Shown piece by piece: positions 9,410-20,775 of a DNA stretch of 64,000 nt (the first letter of the stretch is position 1; each line of letters opens with the position of its first letter). Under the pieces are notes generated by a model, which saw only the letters and a list, made by a program, of their open reading frames with translations, had not been told where the DNA came from and made no database searches. A program made the position numbers and the translations under genes. Location: assembly GCF_044238155.1 (NCBI RefSeq), contig NZ_JBIIDX010000001.1:3810-67809 (forward strand), read 5' to 3'. This stretch comes from Aestuariivirga sp. (lineage in GTDB: Bacteria; Pseudomonadota; Alphaproteobacteria; Rhizobiales; Aestuariivirgaceae).

Positions 9410-11039
9410 CAAGCAGCGCGTCAAGGGTGAGACCCTTCTCGAAATCCGCGGCCTCAGGATCGAGGGCAATTCGGATGGGGTGTGGCATCCCATCGTCAGG
9501 GGTGTCGATCTCACGCTGAGGCGTGGCGAGGTTCTGGGGCTGATCGGCGAGTCGGGTGCCGGCAAGTCGACGATCGGACTAGCCGCGATGGGCTTTGCGA
9601 GGCCCGGCTGCCGCATCACGGACGGCAGTATCCTTTTCGACGGCATCGACCTGCGGGCAGCGGGCGAGGAAGACAAGCGCCTCCTGTGGGGCTCGCGCAT
9701 CGCCTATGTGGCCCAGAGTGCCGCTGCGGCCTTCAACCCCGCCCATAAGCTCATCGACCAGACGGTGGAAACCACCGTGCGCCGTGGGGTCATGAGCCGC
9801 GACAAGGCGGTGGCCGATGCCGTGGACCTCTATCGACGCCTGCAACTGCCCGACCCGGCGCACATCGGAGATCGCTACCCGCATCAGGTATCGGGCGGCC
9901 AGCTGCAACGCGCCATGACGGCCATGGCCATGTCCTGTCGGCCTGACCTGATCATCTTCGATGAACCGACCACCGCACTCGACGTGACCACCCAGGTCGA
10001 GGTGCTGGCGGCCATGCGCAACATCGTCGAGCAGTTCCACACGGCAGCCATTTACATCACCCATGATCTTGCCGTTGTCGCACAGATGGCCGACCGCATC
10101 ATGGTGCTGCGCCAGGGCCGCGAGGTCGAAGAGGCCCCAACCCGGGTGATGCTGAAGGAACCGAAGGACGACTATACCAAGACGCTGTGGGCGGTGCGGA
10201 AGCTCGCCAAGCCGGAGCAGGTGAGCGACGACATCGTGCTGAGCGTGCGCAACGTCGATGCCAGCTATTCGGGTGTCGTCAAGGTTCTGGACAATGTCAC
10301 CGTTGGTCTGCCGCGTGGCCGCACCGTGGCGGTGGTGGGCGAGTCAGGCTCCGGCAAGTCGACACTGGCGCGCGTCATCACCGGGCTGCTGCCACCGTCA
10401 AAAGGCGACATCCTGTTCAACGGAAAGCGGTTGTCGCGGGCGCTGAAGGACCGCGACAAGGATACGCTGCGCCGAATCCAGATGATCTACCAGTCGGCAG
10501 ATACCTCGCTCAATCCGCGCCAGACGATCCGCGACATCATTGGCCGGCCGCTGCAGTTCTATCATGGTGTGGAGGGCGCGGCGCGCGACCGGCGTGTCGC
10601 GGAGCTGCTCGACGGCATCGAAATGAACGAGAGCTATATCGACCGCCTGCCAACCGAGCTTTCGGGCGGCCAGAAGCAGCGCATCTCGATTGCACGCGCA
10701 CTCGCCGCGGAACCTGACATCATCATCTGCGACGAGGTCACCTCGGCGCTCGATCAGATCGTGCAGGAGGAAATCCTCAAGCTGCTGATGAAGCTCCAGA
10801 AGGACACCAACGTCTCCTACCTGTTCATCACCCATGACATCGCAACCGTAAGGGCGATCTCGGACGAGGTCGTGGTCATGAACCAGGGCAAGGTGGTGCA
10901 GCAGGGGCCGAAGAGCCGGGTGCTGAACCCGCCGCATCCGGCCTATACCGAACTTCTGCTGTCCTCCGTGCCGCAGATGGACCCCGACTGGCTCACCAAC
11001 CTGCTGGCCCAGCGCGCCGCGGCAAAGGCCAGGACCTGA
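9399..11039 (+). CDS. fused double ATP-binding protein of the ABC importer (DppD/DppF-like)
   Basis: 546 aa. Two Walker A sites ([18 protein letters not shown]) and two signature motifs ([16 protein letters not shown]). Confidence 0.9.
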   Translation: MKPDKQRVKGETLLEIRGLRIEGNSDGVWHPIVRGVDLTLRRGEVLGLIGESGAGKSTIGLAAMGFARPGCRITDGSILFDGIDLRAAGEEDKRLLWGSRIAYVAQSAAAAFNPAHKLIDQTVETTVRRGVMSRDKAVADAVDLYRRLQLPDPAHIGDRYPHQVSGGQLQRAMTAMAMSCRPDLIIFDEPTTALDVTTQVEVLAAMRNIVEQFHTAAIYITHDLAVVAQMADRIMVLRQGREVEEAPTRVMLKEPKDDYTKTLWAVRKLAKPEQVSDDIVLSVRNVDASYSGVVKVLDNVTVGLPRGRTVAVVGESGSGKSTLARVITGLLPPSKGDILFNGKRLSRALKDRDKDTLRRIQMIYQSADTSLNPRQTIRDIIGRPLQFYHGVEGAARDRRVAELLDGIEMNESYIDRLPTELSGGQKQRISIARALAAEPDIIICDEVTSALDQIVQEEILKLLMKLQKDTNVSYLFITHDIATVRAISDEVVVMNQGKVVQQGPKSRVLNPPHPAYTELLLSSVPQMDPDWLTNLLAQRAAAKART

Positions 11040-11044
11040 GGAGC

Positions 11045-12415
11045 TTGTCCCCCGTGGCTTCATCTTCCCACGCCCAGTCCGTGGCCGGCGGCACCCGTTT
11101 CCTCGAGGCCGGGTCAGGCGAGGTCATTCTGTTCATTCATGGCAGCGCAGAGACGGCTGAGGTCTGGCTGCCGCAGCTTGCAGCTTTCGCGGCCAGCCAT
11201 CGGCCGCTCGCGCCGGATGTGACGGCGGCCGATGCCGTGGCCCAGCTGCGGCGCCTGCTCGATGATCTGGCGCTTGCCTCGGTCAATGTCGTGGCGCAGG
11301 GCGATGGTGGCGCGATCGCCCTCGCCCTTGCCGCTGCCCATCCGCAGCGGGTGCGGCGCCTCGTAACCATTGGTTTCGAGCCTGGGGCCGCAGTTGCGCC
11401 CCGCCTTCTGTGTCCGGTGCTGTTCATGCCCGCCGCTGATGATGAAAGGTCGGTGACCGCGGCCCTGTCTGCCGTTCTGTCGGAACGGCTCAGCCGTTTC
11501 GACAACCGCGAACTGCGCACGGCCTTTGGCAGCTTCATGACGGGCGTGACGATCGTCACCACGGCGGGCGTTGATGGCCAGCCTCGCGGCTTCACGGCCA
11601 ACAGCTTCACTTCCGTCTCGCTCGAGCCGCCACTGCTGCTGATCTGCATCGGCAAGGCCGCGGCCAGCGTGGATGTGTTCTCGCGGGCGGAGGGCTTTGC
11701 CGTCAACATTCTTTCGGAGGCCCAGAAGGACACATCCGTGCTGTTCGCCTCCAAGCGGCCGGACAAGTTCGAGGCGGCGAACTGGCGGCCTGGGCCCTTT
11801 GGCAATCCGCTGATCGAAGGCTCCGCCGCCTGGTTCGATTGCGCGCGCTATCAGGTGATCGACGCCGGCGACCACATCATCCTGATGGGCCATGTCCAGG
11901 CCTTCTCCTATTCGGATGCCAATCCGCTGGGCTATGCGCGCGGGCATTACATCACGCTGGGTCTCGAGCAGGCGGCGGTGAACGCCGCGTCCTCTGCCAG
12001 CCGCACCGTGGTGGGCGCCATTCTCGAGAGTGACAACCGGTTGATCCTGCTGCCGGACCCGGCCCGCCCCGATGGCCTGGTGCTGCCAGAGGTTGGCCGA
12101 AGCGGTGCCCATGGCAGCGCGTCGCAGCTGCATGATCTGCTGACGCGCGAGGGCATGGATGCAACGCTGGGCTTTCTCTTCGCGGTGTTCGAAAACCCCG
12201 AAAGCCGCGAACAGTGCATCTATTACCGGGGCGAGGCGTTGCTGCATGCCCGCGGCCGCACTGTGCTGGCCGATTTCGAGGACATCCCCTGGGACAGGCT
12301 CCCGGACGAGGCAACACGATCGATGCTCCGCCGCTATGCCGCCGAACGCAAGATCGGCCGATTCAAGATCTATTCCGGCGACCACCGCCAGGGCCTGGTG
12401 AAAGCCGTCGATTGA
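11045..12415 (+). CDS. three-part fusion: short alpha/beta-hydrolase-like N-terminus, flavin reductase-like domain, and a Nudix-fold-like C-terminus without a clear Nudix box
   Basis: 456 aa from TTG at 11045, 6 nt after the ABC ATPase stop. The central segment LRTAFGSFMTGVTIVTT...GFTANSFTSVSLEPPLLLICI is typical of flavin reductases. The N-terminus reads ILFIHGSAE...VVAQGDGGA. The end-domain assignments are tentative. Confidence 0.55.
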   Translation: MSPVASSSHAQSVAGGTRFLEAGSGEVILFIHGSAETAEVWLPQLAAFAASHRPLAPDVTAADAVAQLRRLLDDLALASVNVVAQGDGGAIALALAAAHPQRVRRLVTIGFEPGAAVAPRLLCPVLFMPAADDERSVTAALSAVLSERLSRFDNRELRTAFGSFMTGVTIVTTAGVDGQPRGFTANSFTSVSLEPPLLLICIGKAAASVDVFSRAEGFAVNILSEAQKDTSVLFASKRPDKFEAANWRPGPFGNPLIEGSAAWFDCARYQVIDAGDHIILMGHVQAFSYSDANPLGYARGHYITLGLEQAAVNAASSASRTVVGAILESDNRLILLPDPARPDGLVLPEVGRSGAHGSASQLHDLLTREGMDATLGFLFAVFENPESREQCIYYRGEALLHARGRTVLADFEDIPWDRLPDEATRSMLRRYAAERKIGRFKIYSGDHRQGLVKAVD

Positions 12416-12494
12416 CGGGAAATCGAGACCGGGCTTTGATGCATCCGTTCATGTGCCTGGCATCTGTCGAGGCAGAACACAACGGGGGACGCAC

Positions 12495-13952
12495 ATGTAT
12501 CTCGGACTGGATTTCGGAACCTCATCCGTCAAGGGCGTGCTGATCGACGCCAGCCAGAAAATCCTGGCCAGCGCCAGCGCGCCGCTGAAGGTATCGCGGC
12601 CGCATCCCGGCTGGTCGGAGCAGAACCCGGAAGACTGGTGGAAGGCCTGCAATGCTGTGGTCAAAACCCTGCGCAAGCTGAAGCCAAAGGCGGTGGCCGC
12701 CGTCGAAGGCATCGGGCTTTCTGGCCAGCAGCATGGCGCGACACTCCTTGACAAGGATGGCAAGGTGCTGCGCCCCTGCATCCTGTGGAACGACGCGCGC
12801 TCGTTCCGTGAATGCGACGACATCATGAACCGCGAGCCGCAGGCCGTGCCGCTCGCCGGCAACATTCCGCTCGCCGGTTACACCGCGCCCAAGCTCGTGT
12901 GGGTGAAGAAGCACGAGCCCAAGACCTTCGCCAGGGTCGCCAAGGTGCTGCTGCCCAAAGACTACATCCGCTTTCGCATGACCGGCGACTATGCATCCGA
13001 CATGTCGGACTCGTCCGGTACCTTCTGGCTCGACATCGCCCGCAGGCAATGGTCCAAGCTGCTGCTCGACGCCTCCGATATGTCGGTCGACCAGATGCCG
13101 AAGCTTTACGAAGGCTCCGACGCCACCGGCCGCCTCACCGCGCAGGTGGCCAAGGCCTGGGGCATGCCGAAACGGCCCGTGGTGGCGGGCGGTGGTGGCG
13201 ACAATGCCTCTGCTGCCTGCGGCATCGGCGCGGTCACCGACAATGCGGCGCTCGTCTCGATCGGCACCTCGGGCGTGATGTTCGTGTCGAACGACAAGTT
13301 CCGCCCCAATGCCGGCCGCATGGTGCATGCCTTCTGCCACGCCGTGCCCGGAACCTGGCACCAGATGGGCGTCATCCTCTCGGCGGCGGCAAGCCTCGAA
13401 TGGCTGGCCGGCATTCTCGGCGCACCCGCGCCCAAGCTCACCGCAGCGCTCGGCAAGAACCTGACCGGCCCGTCGCCCGCACTGTTCCTACCCTATCTCT
13501 CGGGTGAGCGCACGCCGGTGGGCGATGCGCAGGTGAGGGGCCTCATCATGGGGCTGGGTCACGAGAGCGATCACAAGACGCTCACCCACGCCGCGCTCGA
13601 TGCCGTGGCTTTCGCTTTCCGCGACTCGCTCGAGGCGCTGAAAGATGCCGGAACCGAGGTGAAGCGTGTGACGGCGGTGGGCGGCGGCTCCAAGTCAGAG
13701 CTCTGGCTGAAGATCATCGCCACGGTGCTGGGCGTGCCGGTGGACCTGCCGGCGGCGGGCGATGTGGGCGGCGCCTTCGGCGCGGCGCGGCTTGGCCTCA
13801 TCGCTGCCACGGGGGCGGATTTCCGCAAGGTGCTGACCGCGCCCAAAACCGCGCGCACCATCAGGCCGGAAGCCCGGGCCCGCGAGGCCTATGAGGAACA
13901 CTACCGGCGCTATACGAAAATCTATCCCGCCATCAAGGAGATCTACCGCTGA
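12495..13952 (+). CDS. xylB: xylulokinase
   Basis: ORF 12453..13952 with a preferred ATG at 12495 ([16 protein letters not shown]). FGGY kinase family. The stop overlaps the xylA start. Confidence 0.85.
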   Translation: MYLGLDFGTSSVKGVLIDASQKILASASAPLKVSRPHPGWSEQNPEDWWKACNAVVKTLRKLKPKAVAAVEGIGLSGQQHGATLLDKDGKVLRPCILWNDARSFRECDDIMNREPQAVPLAGNIPLAGYTAPKLVWVKKHEPKTFARVAKVLLPKDYIRFRMTGDYASDMSDSSGTFWLDIARRQWSKLLLDASDMSVDQMPKLYEGSDATGRLTAQVAKAWGMPKRPVVAGGGGDNASAACGIGAVTDNAALVSIGTSGVMFVSNDKFRPNAGRMVHAFCHAVPGTWHQMGVILSAAASLEWLAGILGAPAPKLTAALGKNLTGPSPALFLPYLSGERTPVGDAQVRGLIMGLGHESDHKTLTHAALDAVAFAFRDSLEALKDAGTEVKRVTAVGGGSKSELWLKIIATVLGVPVDLPAAGDVGGAFGAARLGLIAATGADFRKVLTAPKTARTIRPEARAREAYEEHYRRYTKIYPAIKEIYR

Positions 13953-15265
13953 TGCCGCAATTCTATTCGCGCCGCGAGCCCGTCAGATACGAAGGCCCCA
14001 ACAGCGCCAGCGATCTGGCCTTCCGCTGGTACAACCCCGATCAGATCGTTCTCGGCAAGCCGATGCGCGAGCAGCTGCGCTTTGCGGTGGCCTACTGGCA
14101 CACGCTGTGCTGGCCGGGCACCGATCCGTTCGGCGGCGATACCTTCCAGCGCCAGTGGCACCACATGGCCGATGGCATGGCCGCCGCCCGCATGAAGGCG
14201 GATCTGATGTTCGAGACGCTCGATCTGCTCGGCGTCGATTTCTTCTGTTTCCACGATCTCGACATCGCGCCCGAAGGCAACTCACTCAAGGAGTTCAACG
14301 CCAATGTGAGTGAGATCGCGCGCATCTTCGAGAAGAAGATGGCGGCCGGCAACAAGAAGCTGCTGTGGGGCACCGCCAACATGTTCTCCAACCGCCGCTT
14401 CATGGCGGGGGCCGCCACCAACCCTGACCCGGATGTGTTTGCCTATTGCGCCGCACAGGTGAAGCACTGCATGGACGTGACCAAGGACCTGGGTGGTGCG
14501 AACTATGTGATGTGGGGCGGCCGCGAAGGCTATGAGACGCTGCTCAACACCAACATCGGGCATGAGCTGGAGCAGGCCAAGCGCTTCCTGTCGCTGGTGG
14601 TGGAGTACAAGCACAAGATCGGCTTCAAGGGCCCGATCCTGATCGAACCCAAGCCGCAGGAGCCCACCAAGCACCAGTATGACTATGACGTCGCCACCGT
14701 CTATGCGACCATCTCGTCTCTGGGCCTGCAGAAGGATGTGAAGGTCAACATCGAGCAGAACCACGCCATTCTGGCAGGGCACAGTTTCGAGCATGAAATC
14801 GCGCTGGCTGCGGCGCTGGGAATTTTCGGTGGCATCGACATCAATCGCGGCGATTATCAGTCCGGCTGGGACACTGACCAGTTTGCCATGAATGTGCCAG
14901 AAATGACGCTCGCCTTCCTCGAAATCCTGAAAGCCGGTGGCTTCACCACCGGCGGCCTCAACTTCGATGCCAAGATCAGGCGCCAGTCGATCGACCCGGA
15001 CGATATTCTCCACGCCCATGTGGGCTCCATGGATGCCTGCGCCCGGGCCCTTCTGGCGGCTGCGAAGATCATCGAGGACGGCAAGCTGGCGGCGATCGTG
15101 GCGGAGCGCTACGGCAAGTGGAATGAGCCCGCGAACCGCGCCATGCTGGAGGGCAAGGAGACGCTCGACCAGATTGCCGCACGCGTTCACGCCAAGGGCC
15201 TTGAGCCTCAGCCGCGCTCTGGCCATCAGGAGCGCATCGAAGGCCTGGTCAACACCTATCTCTGA
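13952..15265 (+). CDS. xylA: xylose isomerase
   Basis: 437 aa. Hallmark segments WGGREGY and [18 protein letters not shown]. Confidence 0.92.
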   Translation: MPQFYSRREPVRYEGPNSASDLAFRWYNPDQIVLGKPMREQLRFAVAYWHTLCWPGTDPFGGDTFQRQWHHMADGMAAARMKADLMFETLDLLGVDFFCFHDLDIAPEGNSLKEFNANVSEIARIFEKKMAAGNKKLLWGTANMFSNRRFMAGAATNPDPDVFAYCAAQVKHCMDVTKDLGGANYVMWGGREGYETLLNTNIGHELEQAKRFLSLVVEYKHKIGFKGPILIEPKPQEPTKHQYDYDVATVYATISSLGLQKDVKVNIEQNHAILAGHSFEHEIALAAALGIFGGIDINRGDYQSGWDTDQFAMNVPEMTLAFLEILKAGGFTTGGLNFDAKIRRQSIDPDDILHAHVGSMDACARALLAAAKIIEDGKLAAIVAERYGKWNEPANRAMLEGKETLDQIAARVHAKGLEPQPRSGHQERIEGLVNTYL

Positions 15266-15291
15266 TCAACAGAACAACGGGAGCATAAGTC

Positions 15292-16350
15292 ATGCCAAGA
15301 AACATCAAGGGGCCGGCGATATTCCTGGCGCAATTCGCGGGCGACAAGGCGCCGTTCAATTCCTGGACGGCGATCACCAAGTGGGCCGCATCGCTGGGCT
15401 ACAAGGGCGTTCAGATCCCAAGTTGGGACGGACGCCTGTTCGATCTCAAGAAGGCAGCATCCTCGAAGGCCTACTGTGATGAGGTCAAGGGCATCGCCAA
15501 GGCCAACGGCGTCGAGATCACGGAACTCTCGACCCATCTGCAGGGTCAGCTGGTGGCCGTGCACCCTGCCTATGACGAGGCCTTTGATGCCTTTGCCCCG
15601 GCGGAGTTCCACGGGAAGCCGAAGGAGCGCCAGAAGTGGGCGGTGCAGCAGGTGAAATACGCCGCCAAGGCGTCGCGCAACCTGGGGCTCGACGCGCATG
15701 TGTCGTTCCCCGGCGCGCTGTGCTGGCCGTTCCTCTATGGCTGGCCGCCGCGCCCGCCGGGTCTCATCGAGGAAGGTTTCGACGAGCTGGCGCGGCGCTG
15801 GAAGCCGTTGCTCGATGTGTTCGATGAAAACGGCGTGGATTGCGGCTTCGAGCTGCACCCCGGCGAGGATGTGATGGACGGCGCCACCTTTGAGATGTTC
15901 CTCGAACGGCTCGACAACCATCCGCGCTGCATGATCAACTACGATCCATCACATTTCGTGCTGCAGCAGCTCGATTATCTCGATTTCATCGACATCTATC
16001 ACGAGCGCATCTGCGCCTTCCACGTCAAGGACGCCGAGTTCAACCCTACCGGCAAGCAGGGTGTCTATTCCGGCTTCCAGCCCTGGCTCAAGCGGGCGGG
16101 GCGCTTCCGCTCGCTGGGCGACGGTCAGGTGGATTTCGGCGCGGTCTTCTCCAAGCTCGCAGGCTACAATTACGACAGCTGGGCGGTGCTGGAATGGGAG
16201 TGCTGCATCAAGGACTCGGTGCAGGGTGCCATTGAGGGCGCGCCCTTCATCGAAAGCCACATCATCAAGACCACCGAAAAGAGCTTCGATGATTTCGTTG
16301 CCGGATCCGCCGACAAGGCGAAGATCCGCCGCATCCTCGGCATCAAGTAA
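15292..16350 (+). CDS. sugar phosphate isomerase/epimerase (xylose-isomerase-like TIM barrel)
   Basis: 352 aa with general family resemblance. It is adjacent to a Gfo/Idh/MocA gene, a common pairing. Confidence 0.65.
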   Translation: MPRNIKGPAIFLAQFAGDKAPFNSWTAITKWAASLGYKGVQIPSWDGRLFDLKKAASSKAYCDEVKGIAKANGVEITELSTHLQGQLVAVHPAYDEAFDAFAPAEFHGKPKERQKWAVQQVKYAAKASRNLGLDAHVSFPGALCWPFLYGWPPRPPGLIEEGFDELARRWKPLLDVFDENGVDCGFELHPGEDVMDGATFEMFLERLDNHPRCMINYDPSHFVLQQLDYLDFIDIYHERICAFHVKDAEFNPTGKQGVYSGFQPWLKRAGRFRSLGDGQVDFGAVFSKLAGYNYDSWAVLEWECCIKDSVQGAIEGAPFIESHIIKTTEKSFDDFVAGSADKAKIRRILGIK

Positions 16351-16371
16351 AAGCTCCAGGAGACAAGGCAC

Positions 16372-17541
16372 ATGGTTTCAGGACGGAGCGATGCGAACAC
16401 GGGCCGCGTCAGGCTCGGCATGGTGGGCGGCGGGCAGGGGGCCTTCATCGGCGCCGTGCACCGCCTGGCGGCGCGAATGGACGACCAGTATGAGCTGGTG
16501 GCCGGTGCGCTTTCGGCGGACGCGGCAAGGGCCCGGGCGTCCGGCGCCGAGCTTGGGTTTGCGCCAGACCGCGTCTACACGGATTTCCGCGACATGGCCC
16601 GTGTCGAAGCCAAGCGCGCCGATGGCATCGAGGCGGTGTCGATCGTGACACCCAATTACATGCATGTGCCGGCTGCCATGGCCTTCATCGAGGCCGGCAT
16701 CCATGTGATCTGCGACAAGCCGCTGGCCCTGAACCTGAAGGAGGCGAAGGCGCTGGAGAAGCTTTTGGCCAAACGCAAGGATGTGATCTTCGCACTCACT
16801 CACAATTATTCCGGCTATCCGATGATCCGTCAGGCCAAGGCGATGATTGCCGCTGGAGAGCTTGGCGAGATCCGCGTGCTGCAAGGCGAGTATCCGCAGG
16901 ACTGGCTCACCACCGCGCTGGAAAAGACCGGCCAGAAACAAGCCGCCTGGCGCACCGACCCGAAGCGCTCGGGCGCTGGCGGCTGCGTGGGCGACATCGG
17001 CACTCACACCTACCAGCTGCTGTGCAATGTCTCGGGCCTGACCTGTGACGAGCTGTCAGCTGATCTCACCAGCTTCGTGAAGGGCCGCGTCCTCGATGAC
17101 AATGCGCATGTGATGCTGCGCTTCAAGGGTGGCGCCAAGGGCATGATCTGGGCCAGCCAGGTGGCGCCGGGCAATGAGAACGGCCTCAAGATCCGTATCT
17201 ACGGCACCAAGGGCGGGCTGGAATGGAAGCAGGAAGACCCGAATTACCTCTGGTTCACGCCCTTCGGCGAGCCGAAGCGGCTGATCACCCGCGGCGGGGC
17301 CGGTTCCAATGCCGCGGCGGGCCGCATGACGCGGGTGCCGCCGGGCCACCCTGAGGGCTATCTGGAAGGCTTCGCCAACATCTATTCCGAGGTGGCGCGC
17401 GCCATCAAGGCGAAGCGTGCAGGCAGGAAGCCAGACAAGGATGTGACCTTCCCGGGCATCGCGGATGGTGTTGCCGGCATGGCCTTCATCGAGGCCTGTG
17501 TGACGTCGTCGGAGAAGAATGGCAGGTGGACGCGGGTGTAG
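16372..17541 (+). CDS. Gfo/Idh/MocA family oxidoreductase
   Basis: 389 aa with an N-terminal Rossmann segment (RLGMVGGGQGAFIGAVH) and typical family length. Confidence 0.8.
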   Translation: MVSGRSDANTGRVRLGMVGGGQGAFIGAVHRLAARMDDQYELVAGALSADAARARASGAELGFAPDRVYTDFRDMARVEAKRADGIEAVSIVTPNYMHVPAAMAFIEAGIHVICDKPLALNLKEAKALEKLLAKRKDVIFALTHNYSGYPMIRQAKAMIAAGELGEIRVLQGEYPQDWLTTALEKTGQKQAAWRTDPKRSGAGGCVGDIGTHTYQLLCNVSGLTCDELSADLTSFVKGRVLDDNAHVMLRFKGGAKGMIWASQVAPGNENGLKIRIYGTKGGLEWKQEDPNYLWFTPFGEPKRLITRGGAGSNAAAGRMTRVPPGHPEGYLEGFANIYSEVARAIKAKRAGRKPDKDVTFPGIADGVAGMAFIEACVTSSEKNGRWTRV

Positions 17542-17616
17542 AGTGCATAGGGCCGTTCCGGGGCCTGATCGCCCCGGAGCCGGTCCGGGCGCCTCTTTCG
17601 TTATCCGCGGCGCAGC

Positions 17617-18882
17617 TTACTCTCTCTCCGGGCTCATGATCTTCTTGCGCAGGCGGCGCACGGCATACCAGACCACGATCACCACCACCGGAATGCTCAG
17701 CAGGCTGATGGCTTTTGTGTCCGTCCGCAGATGTTCGCCCAGCCCATCGATGAGCTTGTCGATGATGCCGATCAGATAATAGCTGATCGCCACGACCGAG
17801 AGACTTTCGACAGTCTCCTGCAGCCGGAGCTGCTGCCGGCCGCGCATTTCCATCGATTTCAAGACCTGCTGATTCTGCGCCTCGAGCGCAATGTCGACGC
17901 GCGTGCGCAGCAGGTTCGAGGCCCGCTCGCTGCGCTCGGCCAGGCTCCTGATGCGGTCGGCGGCAGCCTGGCAGGTGGCCATCGCAGGTGAAAACCGGCG
18001 GTCGAGGAACACCCCGATGCGCTGGAAGCTCTCGAGCTTTTCCTCGCCCAGCTCGGCAATGCGCTTGTCAACCAGTGCGGCGTAGGCGCGCGCGGCAGCA
18101 AAGCGGTAGCTGGTGCGACTCGAGATTTCCTCCACATCGCGGGCAATCCGGCTCAACTCGGCAAGCAGTTCGGCATCCTCGTGGCTCTCGCGCGAGGACA
18201 GCATGTCGGCCGTGACCTTGGAGACGGACCGTTCCAGTCCGGCCAGCTCGCCCATGACCGTGCGCGCCAGCGGCAGCGCCAGCAGCGCCATCATGCGATA
18301 GGTTTCGATCTCGTGGATGCGGCGGATGACCCGGCCCAGACGCATCGGCGAGAGGCCGTGGTCCTGGACCAGCATGCGGGTATAGCCATCCGGCCCGATG
18401 CGGAAATCCGTCCATACCGTGGCAAGGCCCGAACTCACGCGCGAACCGGCGATATCCTCATGGCCGAAGAGCGCCACGAGGTTTGCCATGCTGGGCTTGG
18501 GCTCATCCTTGGCCATGACCCGCGTATGGATGCCAACAAGCCTTGCACCGGGAAGCCCATCGACCCAGCCTACGGGCAGAAGCGACAGTGCCTCGCCACG
18601 TTCGATGGCCCCCTCCGCCACAACGCTAACGCGATAGAATTCGCCATGCCGCTCGTATTTGATCTGGCCGCCGGCAATGTCGGCGCTGTGGTGCGCAGCG
18701 CCCTCGGCCGGCGGCTTGACGCCCAGGGCGTCACACAGCAGGCGGACCTGGGCCAGGGGGTCTGCGTCGCCATCCTTCAGGGTGAACGCCAGGTGGGTAA
18801 TGCGGGCAGGGGCTGTCAGCGGCAGGCCCGGCCGGCCGTGCAACTCGTCATTGAGGAGATTGCGGAGTTCGTGATCGTGCAT
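17617..18882 (-). CDS. DUF3422-type membrane-anchored protein
   Basis: 421 aa. The N-terminus HELRNLLNDELHGRP and the C-terminal hydrophobic anchor resemble DUF3422 proteins. This is a recollection and is unverified. Confidence 0.55.
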   Translation of the reverse strand: MHDHELRNLLNDELHGRPGLPLTAPARITHLAFTLKDGDADPLAQVRLLCDALGVKPPAEGAAHHSADIAGGQIKYERHGEFYRVSVVAEGAIERGEALSLLPVGWVDGLPGARLVGIHTRVMAKDEPKPSMANLVALFGHEDIAGSRVSSGLATVWTDFRIGPDGYTRMLVQDHGLSPMRLGRVIRRIHEIETYRMMALLALPLARTVMGELAGLERSVSKVTADMLSSRESHEDAELLAELSRIARDVEEISSRTSYRFAAARAYAALVDKRIAELGEEKLESFQRIGVFLDRRFSPAMATCQAAADRIRSLAERSERASNLLRTRVDIALEAQNQQVLKSMEMRGRQQLRLQETVESLSVVAISYYLIGIIDKLIDGLGEHLRTDTKAISLLSIPVVVIVVWYAVRRLRKKIMSPERE

Positions 18883-19023
18883 GGTGTCGCCTTCGGAATA
18901 CAGTCGTGAGCCATATCACCGGGGTCGAGCAATTGCCATGTGCCACTTTTCGGCCTCCCGGCCATTCAGTATGGTGCTGCGCAGACGGCGGGAGGCAATC
19001 GGCGCGTGACAGCTTTGACCGAC

Positions 19024-19710
19024 ATGGGCGCAGGCCGGCCTGCGCTGCGCAAGGCCGAGCCCGGGGTGCGCCGCCATCAGCTTATCGAGGCCACCATCGC
19101 GGTGTTGGCCCGCAGGGGTTATGCCGCCCTGACCGTGGCTGATGTGGCCAGGCAGGCCGGCCTCTCCTCGGGCATCGTCATCTTTCATTTCAGCAGCAAG
19201 GACAGGCTGCTGGCCGAGGTCCTGGCGGCGCTTGCCGCCGACTATCGCCGTCATTGGCAGGACGCTGTGCAGCGTGCCGGCATCGCCCCGGCCGATCGCC
19301 TGAAGGCGCTGCTGCTTGCTGATTTCGACATGGACGTTTTTACCCCGGACCGGCTGGCTGCCTGGATCGCCTTTTGGGGCGAGGCCCAGGGCAGGCCCGT
19401 CTATGACCAGATCTGCTCCAGCCACGACGGGGAGCGCCGCGCCAGCCTGGAGGCTCTGTGCGGCGCACTGTGCGAAGAGGGGGGCTACGGCCATGCCCCC
19501 CGCCTCGTCATGCGCGGACTGGATTCGATGAGTGATGGCTTGTGGCTGGCGCTGGCAGCACATGCCTCCGGCCATCGCGCCCGGCTCAGTGCTGCGGATG
19601 CCCAAAAAACCATCATGTCGGCGCTTGCTGCGTTTTTCCCCAGACACTTCGAGCCACCGGGCCAAGCCCCGGCGGCCCCCCCCTTCCGCCCTGTCGCGAA
19701 ACCACTATAA
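19024..19710 (+). CDS. TetR family transcriptional regulator
   Basis: ORF 18940..19710 (GTG start). I prefer the ATG at 19024. HTH segment TVADVARQAGLSSGIVIFHFSSKDRLL. Confidence 0.75.
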   Translation: MGAGRPALRKAEPGVRRHQLIEATIAVLARRGYAALTVADVARQAGLSSGIVIFHFSSKDRLLAEVLAALAADYRRHWQDAVQRAGIAPADRLKALLLADFDMDVFTPDRLAAWIAFWGEAQGRPVYDQICSSHDGERRASLEALCGALCEEGGYGHAPRLVMRGLDSMSDGLWLALAAHASGHRARLSAADAQKTIMSALAAFFPRHFEPPGQAPAAPPFRPVAKPL

Positions 19711-19755
19711 GAGCGGCAGTTCGGTTATCGCCACCTCGTTCCGGAGACCTCATCC

Positions 19756-20769
19756 ATGACCAAGATCCGTGTTGCAATCAATGGCTTCGGCCGCATCGGC
19801 CGCAACATCGTCCGCGCCATCTATGAATCGGGCCGCAAGGACATCGACATTGTGGCCGTCAATGATCTGGGCCCGGTCGAAACCAACGCCCATCTGCTGC
19901 AGTTCGACTCGGTGCATGGCCGTTTTCCGCGCGAAGTGTCTGTCAAGGGTGACTCGATCTCGATCGGCAGCGACCAGTTCAAGGTCACCGCCATCAAGGA
20001 TCCCGCCCAGTTGCCGTGGAAGGACCTGGGCGTCGACATCGCCATGGAATGCACCGGCATCTTCACCGCGCGCGACAAGGCGGCAGCCCATCTCACCGCG
20101 GGGGCAAAGCGCGTGATCGTCTCTGCGCCCTCCGATGGCGCCGATTTCACCGTCGTCTACGGCGTCAATCATGACAAGCTCTCGAAGGATCACATGGTGA
20201 TCTCCAACGCCTCCTGCACCACCAACTGCCTTGCGCCCGTGGCAAAGGTGCTGAATGACACGATCGGCATCGAGAAGGGCATGATGACGACGATCCATTC
20301 CTATACCAACGATCAGCCCTCGCTCGACCAGATGCACAAGGATCTCTACCGGGCGCGCGCCGCGGCGCTCTCGATGATCCCCACCTCGACGGGTGCGGCG
20401 AAGGCCGTTGGCCTTGTCCTGCCGGAACTCAAGGGCAGGCTGGATGGCTATGCCATGCGGGTTCCCACACCCAACGTGTCGGTCGTCGACCTCAAGTTCA
20501 TCGCCAAGCGCAAGACCACGAAGGAAGAGGTGAACGAGGCGATCATCAAGGCGGCCAATGGGCCTCTCAAGGGCATTCTTGGCGTGACGGCGAAGCCAAA
20601 CGTGTCGATCGACTTCAATCACGATCCGCATTCCTCGGTCTTCCATCTCGACCAGACCAAGGTGATGGACGACAGTTTCGTGCAGATTCTCAGCTGGTAT
20701 GACAATGAGTGGGGCTTCTCGAACCGCATGAGCGACACCGCCGTGCATTTCGGCAAGCTGATCGGCTGA
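19756..20769 (+). CDS. gap: glyceraldehyde-3-phosphate dehydrogenase
   Basis: 337 aa. INGFGRIGR and the active-site segment [12 protein letters not shown]. Confidence 0.93.
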   Translation: MTKIRVAINGFGRIGRNIVRAIYESGRKDIDIVAVNDLGPVETNAHLLQFDSVHGRFPREVSVKGDSISIGSDQFKVTAIKDPAQLPWKDLGVDIAMECTGIFTARDKAAAHLTAGAKRVIVSAPSDGADFTVVYGVNHDKLSKDHMVISNASCTTNCLAPVAKVLNDTIGIEKGMMTTIHSYTNDQPSLDQMHKDLYRARAAALSMIPTSTGAAKAVGLVLPELKGRLDGYAMRVPTPNVSVVDLKFIAKRKTTKEEVNEAIIKAANGPLKGILGVTAKPNVSIDFNHDPHSSVFHLDQTKVMDDSFVQILSWYDNEWGFSNRMSDTAVHFGKLIG

Positions 20770-20775
20770 GCAGGC

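Noticed and set aside
8438-9700. 420-aa minus-strand ORF antisense to the permease and ATPase genes
   Set aside because: High-GC shadow ORF with low-complexity Arg/Glu/His-rich translation. The plus-strand genes carry clear ABC motifs.
17557-17578. 8-bp GC hairpin between the convergent Gfo/Idh/MocA and DUF3422 genes
   Set aside because: No adjacent T or A run is present on either strand. It is plausible as a weak bidirectional terminator but is not supportable from sequence alone.
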